NCBI GenBank assembly: GCA_020446775.1
Contig: JAGREB010000035.1
Coordinates: forward strand, 1-57,720
Direction: 5' to 3'
DNA: 57,720 bases
Source: Paracoccaceae bacterium
Lineage (GTDB): Bacteria > Pseudomonadota > Alphaproteobacteria > Rhodospirillales > Rhodospirillaceae
In this document: in pieces, positions 45,357 to 54,354 of the stretch
Layout of the letters: each line of letters begins with the position of its first letter
How positions within the stretch are numbered: the stretch's first letter is position 1
The notes under the pieces: model-generated
What the model was told of the DNA's origin: nothing
The model's database searches: none
The model's input: only the letters and a program-made list of their open reading frames with translations
Position numbers and translations under genes: made by a program

Positions 45357-46145
45357 TTACCAGGGGATCGGCCGGCCGTCGTAGTTGAGGGCTTTGTCGT
45401 TGGTCTCCAGCGTCATGCCGTCGATCACCTTCATCACACCCTGAACACTGACCTTGGTGGTGATCGAGGCCGGACCGCGGTAGCCCGACGCCGCCAGCAG
45501 GTCGGTTTCGACCATCCCGGGCGCAATGATTCCCACGATGATGCCGTCGGCACGCCAATCGGCGGCCAGCGCGCGGAAGCCGATGTTGAGCGCAGCCTTG
45601 CTCATCCGGTAGGCGTAGAACCCGCCCCGCCGGGTTGTCAGTTCCGATGAGCCCAAACCGCTGGTCATCGCGAAGACCTTCTTTTGTTCGCCCTTGAGCA
45701 GGCTTGGCTTGAACGACTCGGCCATTTTAAGTGCGCCCCAGGCATTGACGTCCAGTACGTCGCGGAAATTGTCGTAGTCGAGAGAACCAACGGTTTGCTT
45801 GGGCACATCACCCAACATGCCGGCGTTATTGATCAAGACGTCGATCGGTGTGTCCTTGTATTTCCCAGCCAAGGCTTCAATGGCCGCGTGATCGAATAGA
45901 TCCAGTTTTTCGACGGTGATATTCTTGTGCTGAGCGGCAAGCGCATTGAGCTCGATCGCTGTATCGGGATTGCGCGCGGTGCCGATCACCGTCCAGCCGC
46001 GTTCGGCATATTGCCTGACGAGTTCGAGGCCGATGCCGCGATTGGTCCCGGTAATCAAGACCGTCGCCGCTTCGGCCACCGCCGCACCCCAAGCGGTTAG
46101 CGCCGCAACAATGGCGAACAATATGACATGCGATGAACGGTTCAT
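45357..46145 (-). CDS. short-chain dehydrogenase/reductase (SDR)
   Basis: VLITGTNRGIGLELV (TGxxxGIG), NNAG and YRMSKAALN (YxxxK). The hydrophobic N-terminus may be an artefact, because GTG at 46079 gives (M)AEAATVLITG. Confidence 0.8.
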   Translation of the reverse strand: MNRSSHVILFAIVAALTAWGAAVAEAATVLITGTNRGIGLELVRQYAERGWTVIGTARNPDTAIELNALAAQHKNITVEKLDLFDHAAIEALAGKYKDTPIDVLINNAGMLGDVPKQTVGSLDYDNFRDVLDVNAWGALKMAESFKPSLLKGEQKKVFAMTSGLGSSELTTRRGGFYAYRMSKAALNIGFRALAADWRADGIIVGIIAPGMVETDLLAASGYRGPASITTKVSVQGVMKVIDGMTLETNDKALNYDGRPIPW

Positions 46146-46223
46146 GGCGTCCCCCTATTGTTTTGCCGGCGGCCGATGGCAACAGCGTGCCGCGTCGGTC
46201 GGCGGATGTCGATGTGCCCCGGG

Positions 46224-47651
46224 CTATGCGTTTCCAGACTGCGCCTCGGTCGCGGCGCGCAGTTCCTTGTCGACCGTGTAGCCCAGCATGGTTAGGGCGC
46301 CGAGCACACAAAACGTCATGGGGACGATCGACACGCACATGGTAATCGCGGTGATCGCCGCCTCGGGCTGGTCGGCCAGTTCCTTGCCACGCGTCGAGAT
46401 AAAACCGGTCGCACCCAAAGCAAGTCCCAACAGGACCGGCCCGATGGTACTGCCGACGTTTTCAACCAGCGTATAGGCTGCGGCATAGAAACCTTCCTGG
46501 CGAACCCCGGTCGTGCGCCGGTCGAGCTCCATAATGTCAGGCAGCATCGCCGTGCCCGCGGTCATGCTGCCGGTGGAAAAGACGCCGACGACGAAAAAGC
46601 GCGCGAAAGCGACCCACGTCGGTTCTGCCGGCGTCGCCAAAAGCCAGGTGAGAAACACGCAACCGAGCCCGATGGTCGAGATCATATATGCGGTGCGCTT
46701 GGCCATGACGCGCGTGGTCAGCCAGGCCCACAGCGGCAATGCGACAACGCTACCCGCCGAGTAGCCGAGCCCGAATGGAGCCAGGAAACGTTCGTCACGT
46801 CCCAACACGTAGATGGCGTAAAGCAGAAGCGTGCCTTGCAACGACGATTGCGCCAGAAACGAAAGGATCTTCGCGCCGATGAAGCAGCCGAACGACCGGT
46901 TCGACAAAATGAAACGCAGCTGATCCTTGAGCGTGTAGGACTCGTCGGCCGACTTGACCAGAAACTTGGCGCGGCGCGTGCTCCAAAAAGTCGTGAAGAA
47001 AATCACCGCAATCAGGATGGCGATGACAATTCCGCCGCGGCCGTAACCGGGTGCGCCGCCTCCGAAGCGCACGATCAGCTGCGGCAGGATCACCGTCATG
47101 GTCAGAAGGCCCATGACGTTGAAGAACACGCGTTGCGACATCAAGATCGTGCGTTCGTTGTAGTTGCCGGTCATCTCGGCGGCCATGGTCATGTACGGAA
47201 CCATAAACAGCGAGGTTCCCAAGGCGATCAGCAGCAGAACGCCGAGCACATAGGCCGCGGTCATGGTTTCGTCGCCAAGCAAGGGCGCATTGAACAGCGC
47301 AATGAACGCGAACGGCGCGATACACAGGCCCGCCAGCAGAAACGGCCGGCGGCGGCCCCAGCGCGTATCGGCCCGATCGCTGATCCGGCCGATAATCGGA
47401 TCGATGATCACGTCGAAGAATTTGGAGACACCGATCAGCGCACCGGCCAGCGCCGCGCCGATACCGAGCAGATTGGTCATGATGAACAAGCTATAACTCG
47501 ATACCGCTCCGATCATCATGCCGGTGCCCATGGCCCCGGCCGCCCAACCCAGCTGCTGGAATCTGTCGAGTTCGTAGGCCGGCGAACGACCCTGTGACGT
47601 CAGGTTTTCGGACATGCGCACACCAAACCCGTTTTTTTCGGCCATTCGCAC
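46224..47651 (-). CDS. MFS/GPH-family (glycoside-pentoside-hexuronide) cation symporter
   Basis: FDVIIDPIIGRISDRADTRWGRRRPFLLAG is the GPH signature DxxxDPxxGxxSDR...GRRRP. The protein has about 12 TM segments. Confidence 0.8.
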   Translation of the reverse strand: MRMAEKNGFGVRMSENLTSQGRSPAYELDRFQQLGWAAGAMGTGMMIGAVSSYSLFIMTNLLGIGAALAGALIGVSKFFDVIIDPIIGRISDRADTRWGRRRPFLLAGLCIAPFAFIALFNAPLLGDETMTAAYVLGVLLLIALGTSLFMVPYMTMAAEMTGNYNERTILMSQRVFFNVMGLLTMTVILPQLIVRFGGGAPGYGRGGIVIAILIAVIFFTTFWSTRRAKFLVKSADESYTLKDQLRFILSNRSFGCFIGAKILSFLAQSSLQGTLLLYAIYVLGRDERFLAPFGLGYSAGSVVALPLWAWLTTRVMAKRTAYMISTIGLGCVFLTWLLATPAEPTWVAFARFFVVGVFSTGSMTAGTAMLPDIMELDRRTTGVRQEGFYAAAYTLVENVGSTIGPVLLGLALGATGFISTRGKELADQPEAAITAITMCVSIVPMTFCVLGALTMLGYTVDKELRAATEAQSGNA

Positions 47652-47754
47652 AAGGCCGCGTGCCGAACTCGCCCGCGCTGCATCGATTGCCCCCGCCGTT
47701 CCCTGGTGGCTAGGATAGCCCTACTGCCACATAAAAGAATAGGGAGGGGACGAC

Positions 47755-48051
47755 ATGCACCGTCATACGGTTCTGTTCAATTTCAAGGACGAAGTTTCAC
47801 CAGCCGACCGTGACCGCATCGTCGAGGCGTTACGCAGCCTCAAATCGATCTCGGTCGTCAAAGATTTGATGTTGCACAAGAACAAGGTGCCGCCGAGCCC
47901 GAAAGCGCCGTTCGAGTGGCTGTTGGTCGCGGATTTCGCCAACGACGACGACCGCCAAATCTACGAGAAGGACGAGCTGCACGTAAAAGTCATTCGGGGC
48001 GACTTCGTGCCCAACGTGAAGAATTACGCCGTCGCCGACGTAAACTATTGA
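47755..48051 (+). CDS. Dabb (stress-responsive alpha/beta barrel) domain protein
   Basis: A 98-aa ORF. MHRHTVLFNFKDEVSPADRDRIVEALRSLK...H..V is typical of the Dabb domain. A GGGAGGGGA Shine-Dalgarno run lies upstream. Confidence 0.8.
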   Translation: MHRHTVLFNFKDEVSPADRDRIVEALRSLKSISVVKDLMLHKNKVPPSPKAPFEWLLVADFANDDDRQIYEKDELHVKVIRGDFVPNVKNYAVADVNY

Positions 48052-48101
48052 CCGGCAGCGCCCACGCGGGCGCGCCCGACGCGCCCTGAAAGTGACAAAT
48101 C

Positions 48102-49175
48102 ATGGTTCCGATTTACACAGCGGCGTGCGTTCAAACCAATGTCTGGCCGGTTTACCCGAAGAAGGGCGGACCGGCCGAACTCGATCACAAAGAGAAGAAT
48201 CTCAGCCGCGCGATCGATCTGATCGATCGCGTCGCCGCGTGGAATCCGTCCAAGATCTACGTTCTGCCCGAGTTCTTCATGACCGGCGCGGGCGGCGTCG
48301 GCAATACGCAGCGCGACCGCGACATCATTTGCGTGCGCTTCCCCGGCCCCGAGATCGACCGCTTGTGCGCGCTGGCCAAGCGCGTCGATGCCTATGTCGC
48401 CGGCATGGTGTGGGAAGTGATGGACGATTGGCCCGACCGCTACTGGAACACGGCCTTTGTCATCAGCCCCGAAGGCAAGGTCGTCCTCAAATACCACAAG
48501 CACTATGACTTCACCGGCAAGACCAAACCGGGCGACGTGATGACCGAATATATCGAGCGGTACGGTGTCGATGCGTTGTGGCCGGTGGTTGATACGCCGT
48601 ATGGCCGCATCGGCTGCCTGGTGTGCTTCGATATCAACTTCCCCGAGAACGCGCGATGTCTGGCGCTCAACGGAGCCGAGATCATTCTGCACCCAACCTC
48701 CGAGGGCCGCGCGCCGTTCCTGATGGAAGACGTCGGCGGCTGGGAAATCGGCAAACGTTCGCGCGCCTACGAAAATCTTTGCTACGTCATCTCGGCCAAT
48801 CAGGGCCATTTCCTCGGCAGCGACTTTCCGACCGACCGCATGCGCGGACGCAGCCAGATCATCGACTACACCGGGCGGGTGGTGAACATCGCCGAAACCA
48901 CCGGTGAATGCATTTTGCAAGCCGACATCCACATCGAGCAGCTGCGCCAGAAACGCGCGCAGGTGCAGATGAACTTTCTCAATGAATTGCAGACTCACGT
49001 CCACGCGGTGCAATACGCCCGCAAGGCGATGTGGCCGAAGGAATTGTGGAAGACCGCGCCGACCGGCGGCGATTTGGGCAATATCAAAGCGGCGCGCGAG
49101 AACCTCGCGCGCCTGCAGAAGGAAGGGCTGTTCGTGCCGCCCTCATCAAGCCTCGACAAGAAAAGTTTCGTGTAA
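48102..49175 (+). CDS. carbon-nitrogen hydrolase (nitrilase superfamily, amidase-like branch), paralog A
   Basis: YVLPEFFMTG (Glu), VVLKYHKHYDF (Lys) and GCLVCFDINFPE (Cys), with a long C-terminal extension as in aliphatic amidases. Confidence 0.8.
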   Translation: MVPIYTAACVQTNVWPVYPKKGGPAELDHKEKNLSRAIDLIDRVAAWNPSKIYVLPEFFMTGAGGVGNTQRDRDIICVRFPGPEIDRLCALAKRVDAYVAGMVWEVMDDWPDRYWNTAFVISPEGKVVLKYHKHYDFTGKTKPGDVMTEYIERYGVDALWPVVDTPYGRIGCLVCFDINFPENARCLALNGAEIILHPTSEGRAPFLMEDVGGWEIGKRSRAYENLCYVISANQGHFLGSDFPTDRMRGRSQIIDYTGRVVNIAETTGECILQADIHIEQLRQKRAQVQMNFLNELQTHVHAVQYARKAMWPKELWKTAPTGGDLGNIKAARENLARLQKEGLFVPPSSSLDKKSFV

Positions 49176-49184
49176 GGAGATGCC

Positions 49185-50255
49185 ATGACGACCGCGAAAC
49201 CGAAGCCGCCGCTGCGCTATTACGCGCTTGCGTGCCAGACCATCATCAAGCCGATCACGGCCGAGGTGGAAACCCCGGAACAAGGCCGCGCGATCATGCG
49301 CGACAACCTCGATGCCGCCCTGCTGTTGGCGAAACGCGGCATCGGCAACGGATTGGGCGACGTCAAGCTGATCACCTTCCCCGAAATGTTCCTGACTTTG
49401 GCGCCGGTCGGCTGGCCGCGCGGCGTGAAGGGCTGGCTCGACGTCGGATGTGTCGAAGTTCCCGGACCCGAACTTGAACCGCTGTTCCAATTCGCCCGCG
49501 ATTACGGCGTGTACATCGGCGCGAACTGTTACGAATACGACCCGAAATGGCCGATGCGCTATTTCAACTGCTCGTTCCTGATCAACACCAAGGGCGAAGT
49601 GGTATTGAAATACCGCAGGCTGCACAGCCACATCTCGCCCAGCCCGCACGATTTCCTCGATCAGTACGTCCAGACGGAAGGCTGGGATGCGCTATTCCCG
49701 GTCGCCGACACGGAACTCGGCCGAATCTCCATGTTCCCCTGCATGGAAATCTCGAAACCCGAAGTGGCGCGGATGTTCGCCATGAAAGGCGCGGAAGTCC
49801 TGCTTCATCCGACCGGCGACTCGCCCGATTTCCCCGGCTGGACCGCATGCAAGCTTGCGCGGGCGTTCGAGAACAATTGCTACGTCGTCTCGACCAATTG
49901 CGGCGGCTGGGTCAGCAAACGCGGCTATCTCGAATCGACCAATGCCGGCGGCACCAAGATCATCGATTACATGGGCAACGTCATCAACGAAGCCAAGCCG
50001 TCGGGTGAAAGCATGAAGGCGCGCGGCCTGATCGACATCGAGCAGCTACGCGCACACCGGCATACCCGCAACTCGTTCAACATGATCGCGCAACTGCGCA
50101 CCGAGCTTTACACCGAATACAAACGCACGATCACGGCGCCCAACCGATTCTCTGATCCGATGAAGGACCAAGAGTCGCTGCGCAAATTGTACGGCGAGAC
50201 CATGGCCAAGCTGACCGAAGAGGGCTTGTTCCCGCCGCCGCAGCTCACGCCGTGA
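49185..50255 (+). CDS. carbon-nitrogen hydrolase-like protein, paralog B (catalytic Lys position apparently Arg)
   Basis: ITFPEMFLT (Glu), VVLKYRRLHSH (aligned to YHK in paralog A and to the YRKxH consensus, and reading YRR here) and SMFPCMEISKPE (Cys). It is colinear with paralog A and starts 9 nt after its stop. Confidence 0.75.
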   Translation: MTTAKPKPPLRYYALACQTIIKPITAEVETPEQGRAIMRDNLDAALLLAKRGIGNGLGDVKLITFPEMFLTLAPVGWPRGVKGWLDVGCVEVPGPELEPLFQFARDYGVYIGANCYEYDPKWPMRYFNCSFLINTKGEVVLKYRRLHSHISPSPHDFLDQYVQTEGWDALFPVADTELGRISMFPCMEISKPEVARMFAMKGAEVLLHPTGDSPDFPGWTACKLARAFENNCYVVSTNCGGWVSKRGYLESTNAGGTKIIDYMGNVINEAKPSGESMKARGLIDIEQLRAHRHTRNSFNMIAQLRTELYTEYKRTITAPNRFSDPMKDQESLRKLYGETMAKLTEEGLFPPPQLTP

Positions 50256-50287
50256 CGTCATAGTCCGGCGTAAAGGCGAACGCTCGG

Positions 50288-51076
50288 CTACGGGGTCGCG
50301 GCCGCCGCGGCGGATTCGCGCAGTTCCTTGACTTTGTCATCGGCGGCGGACTTGGCGCTCTGGAAAGCGCGCGCGGCGCCCGACGGATCGCGTTCTGTGT
50401 AAAGGTTCTCGATCTCGCGCCGTAAGCGATGAACGTTGTCCCGGCCGGGCCCGGACGCGACGGCCGCAAGGCCGACGTGAATCCATTTATACGCCTCGGC
50501 CAAATCCGCCAGCGCCGCCTTGTCATTTACGTCGGCCTTCATGGCGCGGTCCCGCAATGCTTGGGCAAGATCGAGCATGCCGATCACGAGGCCCTTGTCG
50601 GCGACCGCGGTCAATTGTGCAATCCCGCCCGCAACGTCGCCGTTGGTGATTGCTTCCTCGCCAAGATATCGCTGGGCATCGAGCATGCCGCCTGCGGCGG
50701 CTTTGGTCATCCAGGTGCGTGCCTGATCGAGGTCTTTCTCGACCCCCTCACCGTTTGCGTAGATCACACCGAGCTGGAATTGCGCATCGGCGAATCCTTG
50801 ATCCGCCGATTTGCGGTACCAATCGATCGCAGCCGCGATGTCCTTGTCGACGCCGCGGCCGGTGCGATACATCACACCGAGATTGCGCTGCGCTTCGGCG
50901 TTCCCCGCTTCTGCCAGCGGCCGCACCAATTTGAGCGTGTTCGCGTAATCGCCGGCCTGAAACGATTTTTCCGCCGTATCCAGATCCGAGCGCGCATCGC
51001 CCCACGACGGCGCGGCCGGCAGAATCGCGAATGCGAGCGCTGCCGAAAAAATAAGTGCGTAAAGATTCTTCGCCAT
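50288..51076 (-). CDS. Sel1-repeat (TPR-like) protein with signal peptide
   Basis: Repeats AEAQRNLGVMYRTGRGVDKDIAAAIDWYRKSADQGFADAQFQLGVIYANGEGVEKDLDQA. The N-terminal signal is MAKNLYALIFSAALAFAILPAAPSWG. Confidence 0.8.
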   Translation of the reverse strand: MAKNLYALIFSAALAFAILPAAPSWGDARSDLDTAEKSFQAGDYANTLKLVRPLAEAGNAEAQRNLGVMYRTGRGVDKDIAAAIDWYRKSADQGFADAQFQLGVIYANGEGVEKDLDQARTWMTKAAAGGMLDAQRYLGEEAITNGDVAGGIAQLTAVADKGLVIGMLDLAQALRDRAMKADVNDKAALADLAEAYKWIHVGLAAVASGPGRDNVHRLRREIENLYTERDPSGAARAFQSAKSAADDKVKELRESAAAAATP

Positions 51077-51099
51077 TGACCGTGTCCCGTGTTGAAGGA

Positions 51100-51804
51100 T
51101 TACCGCGAGGCAGCATCGCGTTCCGCGGCCTCGCGGGCAAATCTTGCGGCGCGCGCGGCGGCTAAGTGCGCCGCCATTTCACCATGAATACGGCTCGCCA
51201 GCGGATTTAGCAGAAGGCGCTGCCAGTACCCGGCGCATTTGTTCCGCGATGCGAGCGGCGAATCGCCGCCGAAGTGAGGCATGAAATCGAGCACTAGATA
51301 GAAAATCGGCATCAATACGCAATCGGCAAGCGTCATCGAGTCCCCCGCCGCGAGTCCGGAGTCCGGCAAATGATGCTCGAGCCGGTCGAAACCGTCGGCG
51401 ATCCCGGCCAATCCCCGCTCGACGACCCGCGCATCCCGGCTTTTGAGGTCCCGGTGGGGAAACATCGTCATCAGCCACGACATGATCGATTGATCGGCGA
51501 TCTGCATCAACATGCGCATGCGCGCCCGGGTAAGCGGGTCGGCGGGTTTCAGCGGCGGGTCGGGAAAAGCGTCGTCGATCCACTCCAGGATCGCGAGCGA
51601 TTCCTGAAGCACGGCGATTTGACCGGGGCCGGTCGAGATCCACAGCGTCGGCACTTTGACGAACGGATGTAGCGCCTTGTACGCAGGCGAGCCGAGGCCG
51701 TCAGGCGGCGGAAACAGATCGACCGCCGTGCCTTTGGCGTAGAACGCCATACGGCAGCGTGTCGCATAGGGCGACGATCCTGTGTTCAGCATTCGGAGCT
51801 GCAC
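51100..51804 (-). CDS. glutathione S-transferase family protein
   Basis: The thioredoxin-like N-domain pattern SPYATRCRMAFYAKG...VKVPTL...LQESLAILEWIDD is followed by a helical C-domain. Confidence 0.7.
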   Translation of the reverse strand: MQLRMLNTGSSPYATRCRMAFYAKGTAVDLFPPPDGLGSPAYKALHPFVKVPTLWISTGPGQIAVLQESLAILEWIDDAFPDPPLKPADPLTRARMRMLMQIADQSIMSWLMTMFPHRDLKSRDARVVERGLAGIADGFDRLEHHLPDSGLAAGDSMTLADCVLMPIFYLVLDFMPHFGGDSPLASRNKCAGYWQRLLLNPLASRIHGEMAAHLAAARAARFAREAAERDAASR

Positions 51805-51896
51805 TGAGCATCCCTTCGCGCGCGGGCTCGGTTCTTAAAGACCCTGTTTCTTAAGGACCATGGTCGCGCGAACCGTGACCGGTGTAAACTCCCGGG

Positions 51897-52922
51897 ATGG
51901 GCCACACGATCATTCAGCGCATCGCGGCGCTCTCTATGACAGCGATGACGATTCTCGGTCTTGGCGGACCGGGGCCCGTATTCGCAGCGAATGCGATCGC
52001 CGCGGCGCTTTCCTATCCCGGCGATCCGACCGATCAGTATTGGCAAATTTATGCGCGCGACCTTCGGGCCGCGAACGCCGGGATCGATCTGACCCTGTTG
52101 ACCCGGGGTGAAATCGGCAGCGAAGAGCAGATCTTGCCCGCGACTAGGCGCGGGCGCGTTCAACTGGCGGGATTCACCACCAGCGGTCTCGAGGCGCTGA
52201 TCCCGGAGTTCGCGCTGTTTCTTGCGCCTTACCTGTTCGAATCCTTCGACGAAGTCGATTTCGTGCTCGACAACTATCTGGCCGTACCGATGGCCGAACT
52301 GTGCGCCAGCAAGGGTCTTGTCATGTTGACCTGGTACGACGAGGGCTGGCGGAATCTTTTTTCCAAGACGCAGATGAACGGCCCGGGCGATGTGCGCAAT
52401 TACCGGTTCCGGGCGCTGCAAGCCAAGGCGTCGCAGGAATTTCTAGGGGCGCTCGGCGCCGACGTGATACCGATTCCGTTTCCCGAAGTGATTCCCGGCT
52501 TGCAGACCGGATTGATCGACGGCGGCGAGATCGGCGTTTACATGTACCGGGTCAGCGGCGTGCGCGATGTGGCGCCGTATTATACCCTCACCGAGCACGC
52601 CTATTCGACCGGCATCATCTCGGCCAACAAACCCTGGTTCGATAGCCTCACGCCGGCGGAGCAGGAGGCAATTCGCGCTACAGTGCCGAAAGCACCGGTC
52701 GCGCGCCGCTTGATGCGGGACGCCGCCGCAAGCGGCATCGACGCGGTTATCGCAGGCGGAGCGCATGTGCAAAGATTGACGCCGGAGCAACGCGCCGCGT
52801 GGGCCGCAGCCGTCGCGCCGACGCACCGTCAATTAATCGACAACATCGGCGGCGATGCCCAGCGAATTTACGATTTGATCGTCGAGGCGAAGCGCGCGTT
52901 TGCGGCTCAGCCGAATAATTAG
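51897..52922 (+). CDS. TRAP transporter substrate-binding protein (DctP family), orphan
   Basis: A signal peptide followed by ..GEIGSEEQILPATRRGRVQLAGFTTSGLEALIPEFALFLAPYLFESFDEVD.., the DctP pattern. No DctQ or DctM gene is adjacent. Confidence 0.75.
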   Translation: MGHTIIQRIAALSMTAMTILGLGGPGPVFAANAIAAALSYPGDPTDQYWQIYARDLRAANAGIDLTLLTRGEIGSEEQILPATRRGRVQLAGFTTSGLEALIPEFALFLAPYLFESFDEVDFVLDNYLAVPMAELCASKGLVMLTWYDEGWRNLFSKTQMNGPGDVRNYRFRALQAKASQEFLGALGADVIPIPFPEVIPGLQTGLIDGGEIGVYMYRVSGVRDVAPYYTLTEHAYSTGIISANKPWFDSLTPAEQEAIRATVPKAPVARRLMRDAAASGIDAVIAGGAHVQRLTPEQRAAWAAAVAPTHRQLIDNIGGDAQRIYDLIVEAKRAFAAQPNN

Positions 52923-54007
52923 GCGAACCTGACCGCGTAAACCGGCGGCAACGTATTCGAAACCGATGCCCAGTTCTCGCCCTGGTCGTCGGTCGCCCAC
53001 AAACCGCCAGTGGTCGAACCCATCGCCAACCGCTCGCCGGTTCGATCGATGGCCAAACCATGGCGATAGATCAGGTCGAAAGCGTTTTCCTGCGGCAGAC
53101 CGTTGCGCAAGGTCGTGAACGTCTTGCCGCCGTCACGCGTGCGATTAACCACCACCTTGCCGTCGACGGGAGCACGAATCTGGTCCGAATGGGCCGGGAC
53201 ATACCACGCGGTCTCGGGATCCTTGGGGTGAACGGCAACGGCGAACCCAAAATTCGACACCGGGACGGGTTTGATTTCCTGCCAGCTTTTCGAGGCATCC
53301 GTCGAACGGAACATCGCGTTGTGATGCTGACACCAGTAAATGTCGGGATTGGTCGGCGATTGAACGATCATATGGACGTCCTGCACGGCCGGATCGTCCT
53401 TGGCGCCCGGCGGCACATAGGCCGCCCACATGCCATGCGAGGCGACACGCCAGGTCTTCCCGCCGTCCTCGGTCAGATTGACGCCACCGCACGAGACACC
53501 AACCGCGATGCGATTCTTGTCGCGCGGATCGACGCAAACCGAATGCAGCGCCGGATCGACGGTTCCGCCGCCGACCCATTTTTTGCGTTCTTCGAAATCC
53601 CACAGCCCGCGATTGAGCGTCCAGGTCGCGCCGAGATCGTCGGAATAAAATAGCCCGCCCGGCGCGGTCCCGCACCACACGGCGTTGGGGTTTTGCGGAT
53701 CGGCCCACTCAAGCGCCCAGATGCCTTTGTTGGCCGGCGCCGACTCATCGGACTCGCCGCCGTCGGCCTTGGGATAAGCGGGCGGGTCGAGTTCGGTCCA
53801 CGTTTTGCCGCCGTCCTGCGTGCGATGAAGCTTTACGCCAAAGTGACCGAGATTGAGCGCGGCCAATATCGTTTGCCCGGATTTATCGGACAGCGCGAGC
53901 GACACCGGCGAACCGTAGAAATGCGTCGCATCGTGTACCCAGCCTTTTTCGTTGCGCGTGTAGGTCATCAATCCCTTGCGCGTCGAGACCAGCATGAGAT
54001 CGGACAT
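52919..54007 (-). CDS. BNR/Asp-box repeat beta-propeller protein (sialidase/Ycf48-like fold), no signal peptide
   Basis: Six Asp-boxes: TQDGGKTW, SDDLGATW, TEDGGKTW, STDASKSW, TRDGGKTF and TDDQGENW. ATG at 54007 follows a GAAGGAAG Shine-Dalgarno run that begins immediately after the stop of the upstream MoaD-like gene. The ORF track start is 54034. Confidence 0.8.
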   Translation of the reverse strand: MSDLMLVSTRKGLMTYTRNEKGWVHDATHFYGSPVSLALSDKSGQTILAALNLGHFGVKLHRTQDGGKTWTELDPPAYPKADGGESDESAPANKGIWALEWADPQNPNAVWCGTAPGGLFYSDDLGATWTLNRGLWDFEERKKWVGGGTVDPALHSVCVDPRDKNRIAVGVSCGGVNLTEDGGKTWRVASHGMWAAYVPPGAKDDPAVQDVHMIVQSPTNPDIYWCQHHNAMFRSTDASKSWQEIKPVPVSNFGFAVAVHPKDPETAWYVPAHSDQIRAPVDGKVVVNRTRDGGKTFTTLRNGLPQENAFDLIYRHGLAIDRTGERLAMGSTTGGLWATDDQGENWASVSNTLPPVYAVRFA

Positions 54008-54020
54008 TGCGGCTTCCTTC

Positions 54021-54296
54021 TTAATTGTCACCACCCGAAAGCGCTTGGAGAATATACAACTCGCTGTCAGGCTTCACCGGCTGCGAGAGAATATCCGAAC
54101 CGCGCAAATGTTCGCCATCCAGAAACACGGCGATGTGAATGCGCAAACGATCTTGGTCGTCGAGTATGTAAGTTTTAAGACCGGGCGTCTTGGCGAATAC
54201 CGACGCCAGCACTTCGCGAATCGTCGATCCGGCCCCATCGATGGGGTTTTCAGGCGCGACGCGCTGCAGATGGGCGGTGAAATGAACCTGGACCAT
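54021..54296 (-). CDS. MoaD/ThiS-family ubiquitin-like beta-grasp protein with a GG-DN C-terminus
   Basis: A 91-aa product from ATG at 54296, with an AGGAA Shine-Dalgarno run 7-8 nt upstream (ORF track start 54344). MVQVHFTAHLQRV...TIREVLASV...VFLDGEHLRGSDILSQPVKPDSELYILQALSGGDN fits the MoaD pattern (..V.VNGE......L.DGDE..I.PP.SGG) but carries two residues after the Gly-Gly. Confidence 0.65.
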   Translation of the reverse strand: MVQVHFTAHLQRVAPENPIDGAGSTIREVLASVFAKTPGLKTYILDDQDRLRIHIAVFLDGEHLRGSDILSQPVKPDSELYILQALSGGDN

Positions 54297-54354
54297 ACTC
54301 GTGTTCCTAACTCCCAGGATGCGCCATGGACGACAGGGAGTCACCGGTTTTAGG

